Source of the DNA: Auanema rhodensis
Taxonomy: Eukaryota; Animalia; Nematoda
Length of the DNA stretch: 64,000 nucleotides
Assembly: GCA_964057225.1 (NCBI GenBank)
Contig: OZ059896.1
Span: 18,600,001 to 18,664,000 of the forward strand
Reading direction: 5' to 3'
Part shown: in pieces, positions 38,901 through 49,600 of the stretch
Position numbering within the stretch: position 1 is the stretch's first letter
How the letters are laid out: every line of letters starts with the position of its first letter
Made by a program: the position numbers and the translations under genes
The notes under the pieces: model-generated
What the model saw: only the letters and a program-made list of their open reading frames with translations
Databases searched by the model: none
Told to the model about the DNA's origin: nothing

Positions 38901-39415
38901 AACAACAAACTAACTGGGATATACACCTACCTAAAGTTATGTTTGCGATCAATACGTTACCAAACTCATCAACATCTATTAGTCCATATGTTGTATTATT
39001 TGGTCGGGATGCAAGACTTCCTATTGACCATCAATTGCCTGGAAATAATCTTCAAACTGAAGAACCAGCCAATCCTACAGAAGATTTTGTCAATAGATCG
39101 CTAATACAAAATGAAAGCACATCTAATATAGTAAAAGATAGAATTGAAACATGCACAAAGAAGAATGAACAACGGTACAATACACGAAATAGAACACAAA
39201 ATAAAGAAATTCAGGTTAATGACTTAGTTATGATAAAAGTGAATTCTACTCGAAACAAACTAACACCTTCATTCGAAGGGCCTTATTTAGTTACAGCAGT
39301 TCAAAGATCTTTCGTCGTGGTTCAAACAGATAAAGGAAAAAGCAGAAGAGTACACAAGGACTTCGTCAAACCTTACCAACGGACAACATCTATTCCGGTT
39401 ATCACAATTTCTTGA
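34835..39415 (+). CDS. pol: ORF2: C-terminal half of Env (gB-like domains, TM, tail) fused in frame to Pol (aspartic protease, RT, RNase H, integrase)
   Basis: PR LWDSGA (D at 36224). RT SPVVLVKKKD, DFRALN, DLISGFFQI, LPMGL, YLDD (37517-37528). RH ESDGS/EALG/TNH/DALSR. IN D38564, D38744, E38852 (D-35-E) and GPY at 39278. Confidence 0.95.
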   Translation: MCSIIRVMILRNSTAYYGFPPQSIEYPQENPKFNKTEVLEFISWVKTQITTDKNMVQHTTVTPITSTKTTIRSLTTPTPNAYERGRELYVAEVYDNVLHKSEHKTKTIIDNKLNYGFEKARLSIIDEFHQQFHTICKSQMETVKSWQAILRIHPTIGVRAMLQRNDIVARFVGRNVLKITTCQEIEPHFIYRNHSYNDKCYAETPVLTHDKQLFFAPIDSYDLSTEGHEINCEHKETEIWYENGTWRDYKGDTHKVDSIHSEKHDHYAELSKLRFTGRNLFENSTEKSLALSIGLTYGYSLSTSPHHDLLRVISRSRDWPQISSFIFKGSKLIRDARKIVFSNWDLFIDFCIGSIERTLITIGCITLILCLMIALYFTIKCYLSPTSMLKINHIMLSPTAPPLEGDEIHETVSDELMRSYFPTIITYIPLAIPFVCHTTTKKNGHMLPFVHIDIEGRGLLALWDSGATVSYIPFSTLAYIGRQYFTKYSKSASTANGSEFRFVGKCKLDVGIAGYQVEHEFLISEDNDCPGQMLLGTDFMRTLEEREIFTTLKLCKGKLIVGNMETPLVKPGRFAYKTTTKTVNIISLSTVTVPPHSTSHISLQTGPELDFDQYALLKSSTGPISIPDAAIGPFPITMVVSNNSSKPIKINKNDHIGSGLIASKEIMNDYVPPEADWEDKLPTFPQHLLDDLNFNSCTLSHKMKKNLITIIKENQTAFFNHDHNIGLFCGPVEHAIPIRSDMDFPKSRSYRVPLGKQEEVERQVKEMLSQGIIENSTATFTSPVVLVKKKDNSFRFVTDFRALNSVTKKQTYSIPHIPDIIDLAAGAQFFSNFDLISGFFQIPLKRSDRHLTAFTTPSGTYQYCRLPMGLCGAPHTFQSAVRYLQSLVRCKLFVYLDDLLIISNSAEEHLRDIQEVLKKVTELGLKIKLSKCCFAATEVKFLGFVIGRNGVKPDPAKIEAVSEFPNPSTVTAVRSFLGMTNYFRRFIQNYAEIAEPLYKLTHKDTPFEWKSEHADAFKTLKTLLCTAPVLKPPKADQPFVIESDGSMIAVGAVLLQSAEKNSPLHPIAFASRKLTPAERKYPPIEVEALGLVFALQQFRTYVLGVPTTVITNHRPLTSLMSRTDLIGRLAKYQLMIQDFNIKIEYRPGKLNSVCDALSRYIGNEANDSRPTKPKDKVKPVDAFIAHITTISSIDQLNCEEIRKVQFINRCTKCASRKSNPHQSYIQPMGRFVIPEKPFDRIHVDILGPLPRTNDGHRYILSIQDAFSKWGTTCPLITQTATEITKAFVIRFVFIYGPPMSMITDNGSSFLSSEFQAMCKQFGIEHTTTLPYHKNANGQVERLHRTLEEALSSFVNEQQTNWDIHLPKVMFAINTLPNSSTSISPYVVLFGRDARLPIDHQLPGNNLQTEEPANPTEDFVNRSLIQNESTSNIVKDRIETCTKKNEQRYNTRNRTQNKEIQVNDLVMIKVNSTRNKLTPSFEGPYLVTAVQRSFVVVQTDKGKSRRVHKDFVKPYQRTTSIPVITIS

Positions 39416-40018
39416 AGGTAGTTTTTTTTTTAACAAAATCAAATTATTGAATTTTTTTTATTTTATTTTGTGCCATTTCTGATTGTACCACTTCTTTGTT
39501 GTTGATTGATTTTCTCTGAGAAGTCTGCTATTGTTTTACAAAAGTTTGTTTTATTACTCCAACTCTCATTGAGTAGATTTTTTTTTTCAACATTCTCTTG
39601 TGAATTTTGCTATTTTTTATGCTTAATCATCACTTGTATTCACCTTATGGACATTAGTCATACGGGTTAAACGAGTTTTCATTTTTTTGTACAGAACGGG
39701 CTCGACCTATTCTCAGGGTAACACCGTACCTGTACAACTCGAGAAAATGAACGACTATATCACAGTCGAATGGTTTAGAAGCAAAGCTCTCGTTTGCAAG
39801 CATTTCACTACTCAAGTGAATGGAATAGAATCTATTCGATACTACATTTTGAATTCAACAAACTTGAAGAGACAATAGCTAAACTTTCAAATCGTATTGT
39901 ATACATTATTTTTTATCGACTACACCATGATTTTTTTTTGTTATCTTTTTCCAACATCCAACTATCTTAAAAAGTGAATTAATTTATTTTGTTTTTGAAC
40001 GAGGACGTTCAACTTTTT

Positions 40019-40030
40019 AAGGTGGGGGGA
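40019..40030 (+). promoter_or_regulatory. Polypurine tract
   Basis: AAGGTGGGGGGA, preceded by a T-run and directly followed by TGTCACA (3' LTR start). Confidence 0.92.
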
Positions 40031-40413
40031 TGTCACATCTGCAAGCACATGGTAAACATGTGCGCGCTATTCAAATAGCGGGAGCCTGAACAAGCCCCGC
40101 CCACAACATGGGACACACATGGCACTCTTGCTTCTGGCCTAACCCAGATAGGTTGTCTTATAGCCATGTGAGTCTCATCTCTATATCATCTATATATATA
40201 TACTCTATTTAATACTTTATTAGATCTCTTTATATTCTTTCTTAATGTAATTCTTATATTGTATTTTCTTGTTATCTGATAATGAATCTTTTTCTCTTTA
40301 AGTATTTGTCTTAATAAGGAAATCGGGGCGTTCGGGTCTGCCTACCTAAGGAACAAGGTAGAAGTACATATATCTTCCGACCATGAAAAGACGGGAAGAA
40401 ACAATATGTAACG
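40031..40413 (+). repeat. 3' LTR, 383 bp, TG...CG termini
   Basis: Starts TGTCACAT after the PPT and ends ATGTAACG (imperfect inverted termini, 6/8). TATA-like (TA)6 at 40191-40202. Confidence 0.93.
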
Positions 40414-40529
40414 GTATTATTTCATATTATTATTTTTTCAGACCTAGAATCGATAAAAAAAATCAACTACATTTTAGTGAGTTACTGGGTTGAGTTATAC
40501 AAATTGTCTAATTTGAGTGCGATTTAGAT

Positions 40530-40602
40530 GGCCTTGTGGCCTAATGGATAAGGCGTCGGACTTCGGATCCAAAGATTGTAGGTTCGAGTCCTACCAGGGT
40601 CG
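40530..40602 (+). tRNA. tRNA-Arg(UCG), first copy after the retroelement (G42>A, G64>A variant)
   Basis: Cloverleaf as in the consensus, with a C28-A42 mismatch. Confidence 0.85.
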
Positions 40603-43600
40603 TTATTTTTTGTTTTAAAAAAATCATTACCTGATAGTTTACATGTTTTATTCTGTATTATCTCATACAATTGAAAAAAATACTAGCAGTAAAACAAATG
40701 CAGTGATAATATTCTCGAAAATGTTCCTATTCAGAGTGAGAAAGTATCAAAAATTTCCCGAAAGTTTTCTCATAAGGTACTAAAATAAAAATATTATTTC
40801 ATATTATTATTTTTTCAGACCTAGAATCGATAAAAAAATCAACTACATTTTAGTGAGTTACTGGGTTGGGTTATACAAATTGTCTAATTTGAATGCGATT
40901 TACATGGCCTTGTGGCCTAATGGATAAGGCGTCGGACTTCGGATCCGAAGATTGTAGGTTCGAGTCCTGCCAGGGTCGTTATTTTTTGTTTCAAAAAAAT
41001 CATTACCTGATAGTTTACATGTTTTATTCTGTATTATCTCATACAATTGAAAAAAATACTAGCAGTAAAACAAATGCAGTGATAATATTCTCGAAAATGT
41101 TCCTATTCAGAGTGAGAAAGTATCAAAAATTTCCCGAAAGTTTTCTCATAAGGTACTAAAATAAAAATATTATTTCATATTATTATTTTTTCAGACCTAG
41201 AATCGATAAAAAATATCAACTACATTTTAGTGAGTTACTGGGTTGGGTTATACAAATTGTCTAATTAGAATGCGATTTACATGGCCTTGTGGCCTAATGG
41301 ATAAGGCGTCGGACTTCGGATCCGATGATTGTAGGTTCGAGTCCTGCCAGGGTCGTTATTTTTTGTTTCAAAACAATCATTACCTGATAGTTTACATGTT
41401 TTATTCTGTATTATCTCATACAATTGAAAAAAATACTAGCAGTAAAACAAATGCAGTGATATTATTCTCAAGAATGTTCCTATTCAGAGTGAGAAAGTAT
41501 CGAAAATTTCCCGAAAGTTTTCTCATAAGGTACTAAAATAAAAATATTATTTCATATTATTATTTTTTCAGACCTAGAATCGATAAAAAATATCAACTAC
41601 ATTTTAGTGAGTTACTGGGTTGGGTTATACAAATTGTCTAATTTGAATGCGATTTAGATGGCCTTGTGGCCTAATGGATAAGGCGTCGGACTTCGGATCC
41701 GAAGATTGTAGGTTCGAGTCCTGCCAGGGTCGTTATTTTTTGTTTCAAAAAAATCATTACCTGATAGTTTACATGTTTTATTCTATATTATCTCATACAA
41801 TTGAAAAAAATACTAGCAATAAAACAAATGCAGTGATAATATTCTCGAAAATGTTCCTATTCAGAGTGAGAAAATATCTACAATTTCCCGAAGGTTTTCT
41901 CATAAGGTACTAAAATAAAAGTATTATTTCATATTATTATTTTTTCAGACCTAAATCGATAAAAAAAAATCAACTACATTTTAGTGAGTTACTGGGTTGG
42001 GTTATACAAATTGTCTAATTAGAATGCGATTTAAATGGCCTTGTGGCCTAATGGATAAGGCGTCGGACTTCGGATCCGAAGATTGTAGTTTTGAGTCCTG
42101 CCAGGGTCGTTATTTTTTGTTTCAAAAAAATCATTACCTGATAGTTTACATGTTTTATTCTGTATTATCTCATACAATTGAAAACAATACTAGCAGTAAA
42201 ACAAATGCAGTGATATTATTCTCGAGAATGTTCCTATTCAGAGTGAGAAAATATCAAAAATTTTCCGAAGGTTTTCTCATAAGGTACTAAAATAAAAGTA
42301 TTATTTCATATTATTTTTTTTCAGACCTAGAATCGATGAAAAAATCAACTACATTTTAGTGAGTTACTGGGTTCGGTTATACAAATTGTCTAATTTGAAT
42401 GCGATTTACATGGCCTTGTGGCCTAATGGATAAGGCGTCGGACTTCGGATCCGAAGATTGTAGGTTGGAGTCCTGCCAGGGTCGTTATTTTTTGTTTCAA
42501 AAAAATCATTACCTGATAGTTTACATGTTTTATTCTGTATTATCTCATACAATTGAAAAAAATACTATCAGTAAAACAAATGCAGTGATAATATTCTCGA
42601 AAATGTTCCTATTCAGAGTGAGAAAGTATCAAAATTTTCCCAAAGGTTTTCTCATAAGGTACTAAAATAAAAGTATTATTTCATATTATTATTTTTTCAG
42701 ACCTAGAATCGATAAAAAAAAATCAACTACATTTTAGTGAGTTACTGGGTTGGGTTATATGAATTGTCTAATTAGAATGCGATTTACATGGCCTTGTGGC
42801 CTAATGGATAAGGCGTCGGACTTCGGATCCGAAGATTGTAGGTTCGAGTCCTGCCAGTGTCGTTATTTTTTGTTTTAAAAAAATCATTACTCGATAGTTT
42901 ACATGTTTTATGCTGTATTATCTCATACAATTGAAAAAAATACTAGCAATAAAACAAATGCAGTGATAATATTCTCGAAAATGTTCCTATTCAGAGTGAG
43001 AAAATATCTACAATTTCCCGAAGGTTTTCTCATAAGGTACTAAAATAAAAGTATTATTTCATATTATTATTTTTTCAGACCTAGAATCGATAAAAAAAAA
43101 TCAACTACATTTTAGTGAGTTACTGGGTTCGGTTATACAAATTGTCTAATTTGAATGCGATTTACATGGCCTTGTGGCCTAATGGATAAGGCGTCGGACT
43201 TCGGATCCGAAGATTGTAGGTTGGAGTCCTGCCAGGGTCGTTATTTTTTGTTTCAAAAAAATCATTACCTGATAGTTTACATGTTTTATTCTGTATTATC
43301 TCATACAATTGAAAAAAATACTATCAGTAAAACAAATGCAGTGATAATATTCTCGAAAATGTTCCTATTCAGAGTGAGAAAGTATCAAAATTTTCCCAAA
43401 GGTTTTCTCATAAGGTACTAAAATAAAAGTATTATTTCATATTATTATTTTTTCAGACCTAGAATCGATAAAAAAAAATCAACTACATTTTAGTGAGTTA
43501 CTGGGTTGGGTTATATGAATTGTCTAATTAGAATGCGATTTACATGGCCTTGTGGCCTAATGGATAAGGCGTCGGACTTCGGATCCGAAGATTGTAGGTT

Positions 43601-46600
43601 CGAGTCCTGCCAGTGTCGTTATTTTTTGTTTTAAAAAAATCATTACTCGATAGTTTACATGTTTTATGCTGTATTATCTCATACAATTGAAAAAAATACT
43701 AGCAATAAAACAAATGCAGTGATAATATTCTCGAAAATGTTCCTATTCAGAGTGAGAAAATATCTACAATTTCCCGAAGGTTTTCTCATAAGGTACTAAA
43801 ATAAAAGTATTATTTCATATTATTATTTTTTCAGACCTAGAATCGATAAAAAAAAATCAACTACATTTTAGTGAGTTACTGGGTTGGGTTATACAAATTG
43901 TCTAATTTGAATGCGATTTAAATGGCCTTGTGGCCTAATGGATAAGGCGTCGGACTTCGGATCCGAAGATTGTAGTTTTGAGTCCTGCCAGGGTCGTTAT
44001 TTTTTGTTTCAAAAAAATCATTACCTGATAGTTTACATGTTTTATTCTGTATTATCTCATACAATTGAAAAAAATACTATCAGTAAAACAAATGCAGTGA
44101 TAATATTCTCGAAAATGTTCCTATTCAGAGTGAGAAAGTATCAAAATTTTCCCAAAGGTTTTCTCATAAGGTACTAAAATAAAAGTATTATTTCATATTA
44201 TTATTTTTTCAGACCTAGAATCGATAAAAAAAAATCAACTACATTTTAGTGAGTTACTGGGTTGGGTTATATGAATTGTCTAATTAGAATGCGATTTACA
44301 TGGCCTTGTGGCCTAATGGATAAGGCGTCGGACTTCGGATCCGAAGATTGTAGGTTCGAGTCCTGCCAGTGTCGTTATTTTTTGTTTTAAAAAAATCATT
44401 ACTCGATAGTTTACATGTTTTATGCTGTATTATCTCATACAATTGAAAAAAATACTAGCAATAAAACAAATGCAGTGATAATATTCTCGAAAATGTTCCT
44501 ATTCAGAGTGAGAAAATATCTACAATTTCCCGAAGGTTTTCTCATAAGGTACTAAAATAAAAGTATTATTTCATATTATTATTTTTTCAGACCTAGAATC
44601 GATAAAAAAAAATCAACTACATTTTAGTGAGTTACTGGGTTCGGTTATACAAATTGTCTAATTTGAATGCGATTTACATGGCCTTGTGGCCTAATGGATA
44701 AGGCGTCGGACTTCGGATCCGAAGATTGTAGGTTGGAGTCCTGCCAGGGTCGTTATTTTTTGTTTCAAAAAAATCATTACCTGATAGTTTACATGTTTTA
44801 TTCTGTATTATCTCATACAATTGAAAAAAATACTATCAGTAAAACAAATGCAGTGATAATATTCTCGAAAATGTTCCTATTCAGAGTGAGAAAGTATCAA
44901 AATTTTCCCAAAGGTTTTCTCATAAGGTACTAAAATAAAAGTATTATTTCATATTATTATTTTTTCAGACCTAGAATCGATAAAAAAAAATCAACTACAT
45001 TTTAGTGAGTTACTGGGTTGGGTTATATGAATTGTCTAATTAGAATGCGATTTACATGGCCTTGTGGCCTAATGGATAAGGCGTCGGACTTCGGATCCGA
45101 AGATTGTAGGTTCGAGTCCTGCCAGTGTCGTTATTTTTTGTTTTAAAAAAATCATTACTCGATAGTTTACATGTTTTATGCTGTATTATCTCATACAATT
45201 GAAAAAAATACTAGCAATAAAACAAATGCAGTGATAATATTCTCGAAAATGTTCCTATTCAGAGTGAGAAAATATCTACAATTTCCCGAAGGTTTTCTCA
45301 TAAGGTACTAAAATAAAAGTATTATTTCATATTATTATTTTTTCAGACCTAGAATCGATAAAAAAAAATCAACTACATTTTAGTGAGTTACTGGGTTGGG
45401 TTATACAAATTGTCTAATTTGAATGCGATTTAAATGGCCTTGTGGCCTAATGGATAAGGCGTCGGACTTCGGATCCGAAGATTGTAGGTTCGAGTCCTGC
45501 CAGGGTCGTTATTTTTTGTTTCAAAACAATCATTACCTGATAGTTTACATGTTTTATTCTATATTATCTCATACAATTGAAAAAAATACTAGCAGTAAAA
45601 CAAATGCAGTGATAATATTCTCGAAAATGTTCCTATTCAGAGTGAGAAAGTATCAAAAATTTCCCAAAGGTTTTCTCATAAGGTACTAAAATAAAAGTAT
45701 TATTTCATATTATTATTTTTTCAGACCTAGAATCGATAAAAAAAAATCAACTACATTTTAGTGAGTTACTGGGTTGGGTTATACAAATTGTCTAATTAGA
45801 ATGCGATTTACATGGCCTTGTGGCCTAATGGATAAGGCGTCGGACTTCGGATCCGAAGATTGTAGGTTCGAGTCCTGCCAGTGTCGTTATTTTTTGTTTT
45901 AAAAAAATCATTACTCGATAGTTTACGTTTTTTATGCTGTATTATCTCATACAATTGAAAAAAATACTAGCAATAAAACAAATGCAGTGATAATATTCTC
46001 GAAAATGTTCCTATTCAGAGTGAGAAAATATCTACAATTTCCCGAAGGTTTTCTCATAAGGTACTAAAATAAAAGTATTATTTCATATTATTATTTTTTC
46101 AGACCTAGAATCGATAAAAAAAAATCAACTACATTTTAGTGAGTTACTGGGTTGGGTTATACAAATTGTCTAATTTGAATGCGATTTAAATGGCCTTGTG
46201 GCCTAATGGATAAGGCGTCGGACTTCGGATCCGAAGATTGTAGGTTCGAGTCCTGCCAGGGTCGTTATTTTTTGTTTCAAAACAATCATTACCTGATAGT
46301 TTACATGTTTTATTCTATATTATCTCATACAATTGAAAAAAATACTAGCAGTAAAACAAATGCAGTGATAATATTCTCGAAAATGTTCCTATTCAGAGTG
46401 AGAAAGTATCAAAAATTTCCCAAAGGTTTTCTCATAAGGTACTAAAATAAAAGTATTATTTCATATTATCATTTTTTCAGACCTAGAATCGATAAAAAAA
46501 AATCAACTACATTTTAGTGAGTTACTGGGTTGGGTTATACAAATTGTCTAATTTGAATGCGATTTAAATGGCCTTGTGGCCTAATGGATAAGGCGTCGGA

Positions 46601-49600
46601 CTTCGGATCCGAAGATTGTAGGTTCGAGTCCTGCCAGGGTCGTTATTTTTTGTTTCAAAACAATCATTACCTGATAGTTTACATGTTTTATTCTATATTA
46701 TCTCATACAATTGAAAAAAATACTAGCAGTAAAACAAATGCAGTGATAATATTCTCGAAAATGTTCCTATTCAGAGTGAGAAAGTATCAAAAATTTCCCA
46801 AAGGTTTTCTCATAAGGTACTAAAATAAAAGTATTATTTCATATTATTATTTTTTCAGACCTAGAATCGATAAAAAAAAATCAACTACATTTTAGTGAGT
46901 TACTGGGTTGGGTTATACAAATTGTCTAATTAGAATGCGATTTACATGGCCTTGTGGCCTAATGGATAAGGCGTCGGACTTCGGATCCGAAGATTGTAGG
47001 TTCGAGTCCTGCCAGGGTCGTTATTTTTTGTTTTAAAAAAATCATTACGTGATAGTTTACGTTTTTTATGCTGTATTATCTCATACAATTGAAAAAAATA
47101 CTAGCAGTAAAACAAATGCAGTGATAATATTTTCGAAAATGTTCCTATTCAGAGTGAGAAAGTATCAAAAATTTCTCAAAGGTTTTCTCATAAGGTACTA
47201 AAATAAAAGTATTATTTCATATTATTTTTTTTCAGACCTAGAATCGATAAAAAAAATCAACTACATTTTAGTGAGTTACTAGGTTGGGTTATACAAATTG
47301 TCTAATTTGAATGCGATTTAAATGGCCTTGTGGCCTAATGGATAAGGCGTCGGACTTCGGATCCGAAGATTGTAGGTTCGAGTCCTGCCAGGGTCGTTAT
47401 TTTTTGTTTCAAAACAATCATTACCTGATAGTTTACATGTTTTATTCTATATTATCTCATACAATTGAAAAAAATACTAGCAGTAAAACAAATGCAGTGA
47501 TAATATTCTCGAAAATGTTCCTATTCAGAGTGAGAAAGTATCAAAAATTTCCCAAAGGTTTTCTCATAAGGTACTAAAATAAAAGTATTATTTCATATTA
47601 TTATTTTTTCAGACCTAGAATCGATAAAAAAAAATCAACTACATTTTAGTGAGTTACTGGGTTGGGTTATACAAATTGTCTAATTAGAATGCGATTTACA
47701 TGGCCTTGTGGCCTAATGGATAAGGCGTCGGACTTCGGATCCGAAGATTGTAGGTTCGAGTCCTGCCAGGGTCGTTATTTTTTGTTTTAAAAAAATCATT
47801 ACGTGATAGTTTACGTTTTTTATGCTGTATTATCTCATACAATTGAAAAAAATACTAGCAGTAAAACAAATGCAGTGATAATATTCTCGAAAATGTTCCT
47901 ATTCAGAGTGAGAAAGTATCAAAAATTTCTCAAAGGTTTTCTCATAAGGTACTAAAATAAAAGTATTATTTCATATTATTTTTTTTTCAGACCTAGAATC
48001 GATAAAAAAAATCAACTACATTTTATTGAGTTACTGGGTTGGGTTATACAAATTGTCTAATTAGAATGCGATTTACATGGCCTTGTGGCCTAATGGATAA
48101 GGCGTCGGACTTCGGATCCGAAGATTGTAGGTTCGAGTCCTGCCAGGGTCGTTATTTTTTGTTTTAAAAAAATCATTACTCGATAGTTTACATGTTTTAT
48201 GCTGTATTATCTCATACAATTGAAAAAAATACTAGCAATAAAACAAATGCAGTGATAATATTCTCGAAAATGTTCCTATTCAGAGTGAGAAAATATCTAC
48301 AATTTCCCGAAGGTTTTCTCATAAGGTACTAAAATAAAAGTATTATTTCATATTATTATTTTTTCAGACCTAAATCGATTAAAAAAAATCAACTACATTT
48401 TAGTGAGTTACTGGGTTGGGTTATACAAATTGTCTAATTAGAATGCGATTTAAATGGCCTTGTGGCCTAATGGATAAGGCGTCGGACTTCGGATCCGAAG
48501 ATTGTAGGTTCGAGTCCTGCCAGGGTCGTTATTTTTTGTTTTAAAAAAATCATTACGTGATAGTTTACGTTTTTTATGCTGTATTATCTCATACAATTGA
48601 AAAAAATACTAGCAGTAAAACAAATGCAGTGATAATATTCTCGAAAATGTTCCTATTCAGAGTGAGAAAGTATCAAAAATTTCTCAAAGGTTTTCTCATA
48701 AGGTACTAAAATAAAAGTATTATTTCATATTATTTTTTTTTCAGACCTAGAATCGATAAAAAAAATCAACTACATTTTAGTGAGTTACTAGGTTGGGTTA
48801 TACAAATTGTCTAATTTGAATGCGATTTAAATGGCCTTGTGGCCTAATGGATAAGGCGTCGGACTTCGGATCCGAAGATTGTAGGTTCGAGTCCTGCCAG
48901 GGTCGTTATTTTTTGTTTCAAAACAATCATTACCTGATAGTTTACATGTTTTATTCTATATTATCTCATACAATTGAAAAAAATACTAGCAGTAAAACAA
49001 ATGCAGTGATAATATTCTCGAAAATGTTCCTATTCAGAGTGAGAAAGTATCAAAAATTTCCCAAAGGTTTTCTCATAAGGTACTAAAATAAAAGTATTAT
49101 TTCATATTATTATTTTTTCAGACCTAGAATCGATAAAAAAAAATCAACTACATTTTAGTGAGTTACTGGGTTGGGTTATACAAATTGTCTAATTAGAATG
49201 CGATTTACATGGCCTTGTGGCCTAATGGATAAGGCGTCGGACTTCGGATCCGAAGATTGTAGGTTCGAGTCCTGCCAGGGTCGTTATTTTTTGTTTTAAA
49301 AAAATCATTACGTGATAGTTTACGTTTTTTATGCTGTATTATCTCATACAATTGAAAAAAATACTAGCAGTAAAACAAATGCAGTGATAATATTCTCGAA
49401 AATGTTCCTATTCAGAGTGAGAAAGTATCAAAAATTTCTCAAAGGTTTTCTCATAAGGTACTAAAATAAAAGTATTATTTCATATTATTTTTTTTTCAGA
49501 CCTAGAATCGATAAAAAAAATCAACTACATTTTATTGAGTTACTGGGTTGGGTTATACAAATTGTCTAATTAGAATGCGATTTACATGGCCTTGTGGCCT

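Larger units (their letters stand above)
30576..40413 (+). mobile_element. Ty3/Gypsy (Metaviridae-like) LTR retroelement with env between gag and pol; defective copy
   Basis: Direct terminal repeats, PBS, PPT, gag, PR-RT-RH-IN order, YLDD, DD35E, GPY motif, and a class III glycoprotein with signal peptide and TM. Confidence 0.96.

Noticed and set aside
31932-39104. Short antisense or alternate-frame ORFs overlapping gag/env/pol (e.g. 31932-32321, 32704-32988, 33719-33988, 36875-37282, 38898-39104)
   Set aside because: They are shadow ORFs of long coding frames with no recognisable motifs.
39290-39415. Chromodomain at the integrase C-terminus
   Set aside because: The ORF ends shortly after the GPY/SH3-like region, leaving no room or aromatic-cage motif.
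40031-40413. LTR length (383 bp) close to the array unit length (377 bp)
   Set aside because: There is no sequence similarity between LTR and unit; treated as coincidence.
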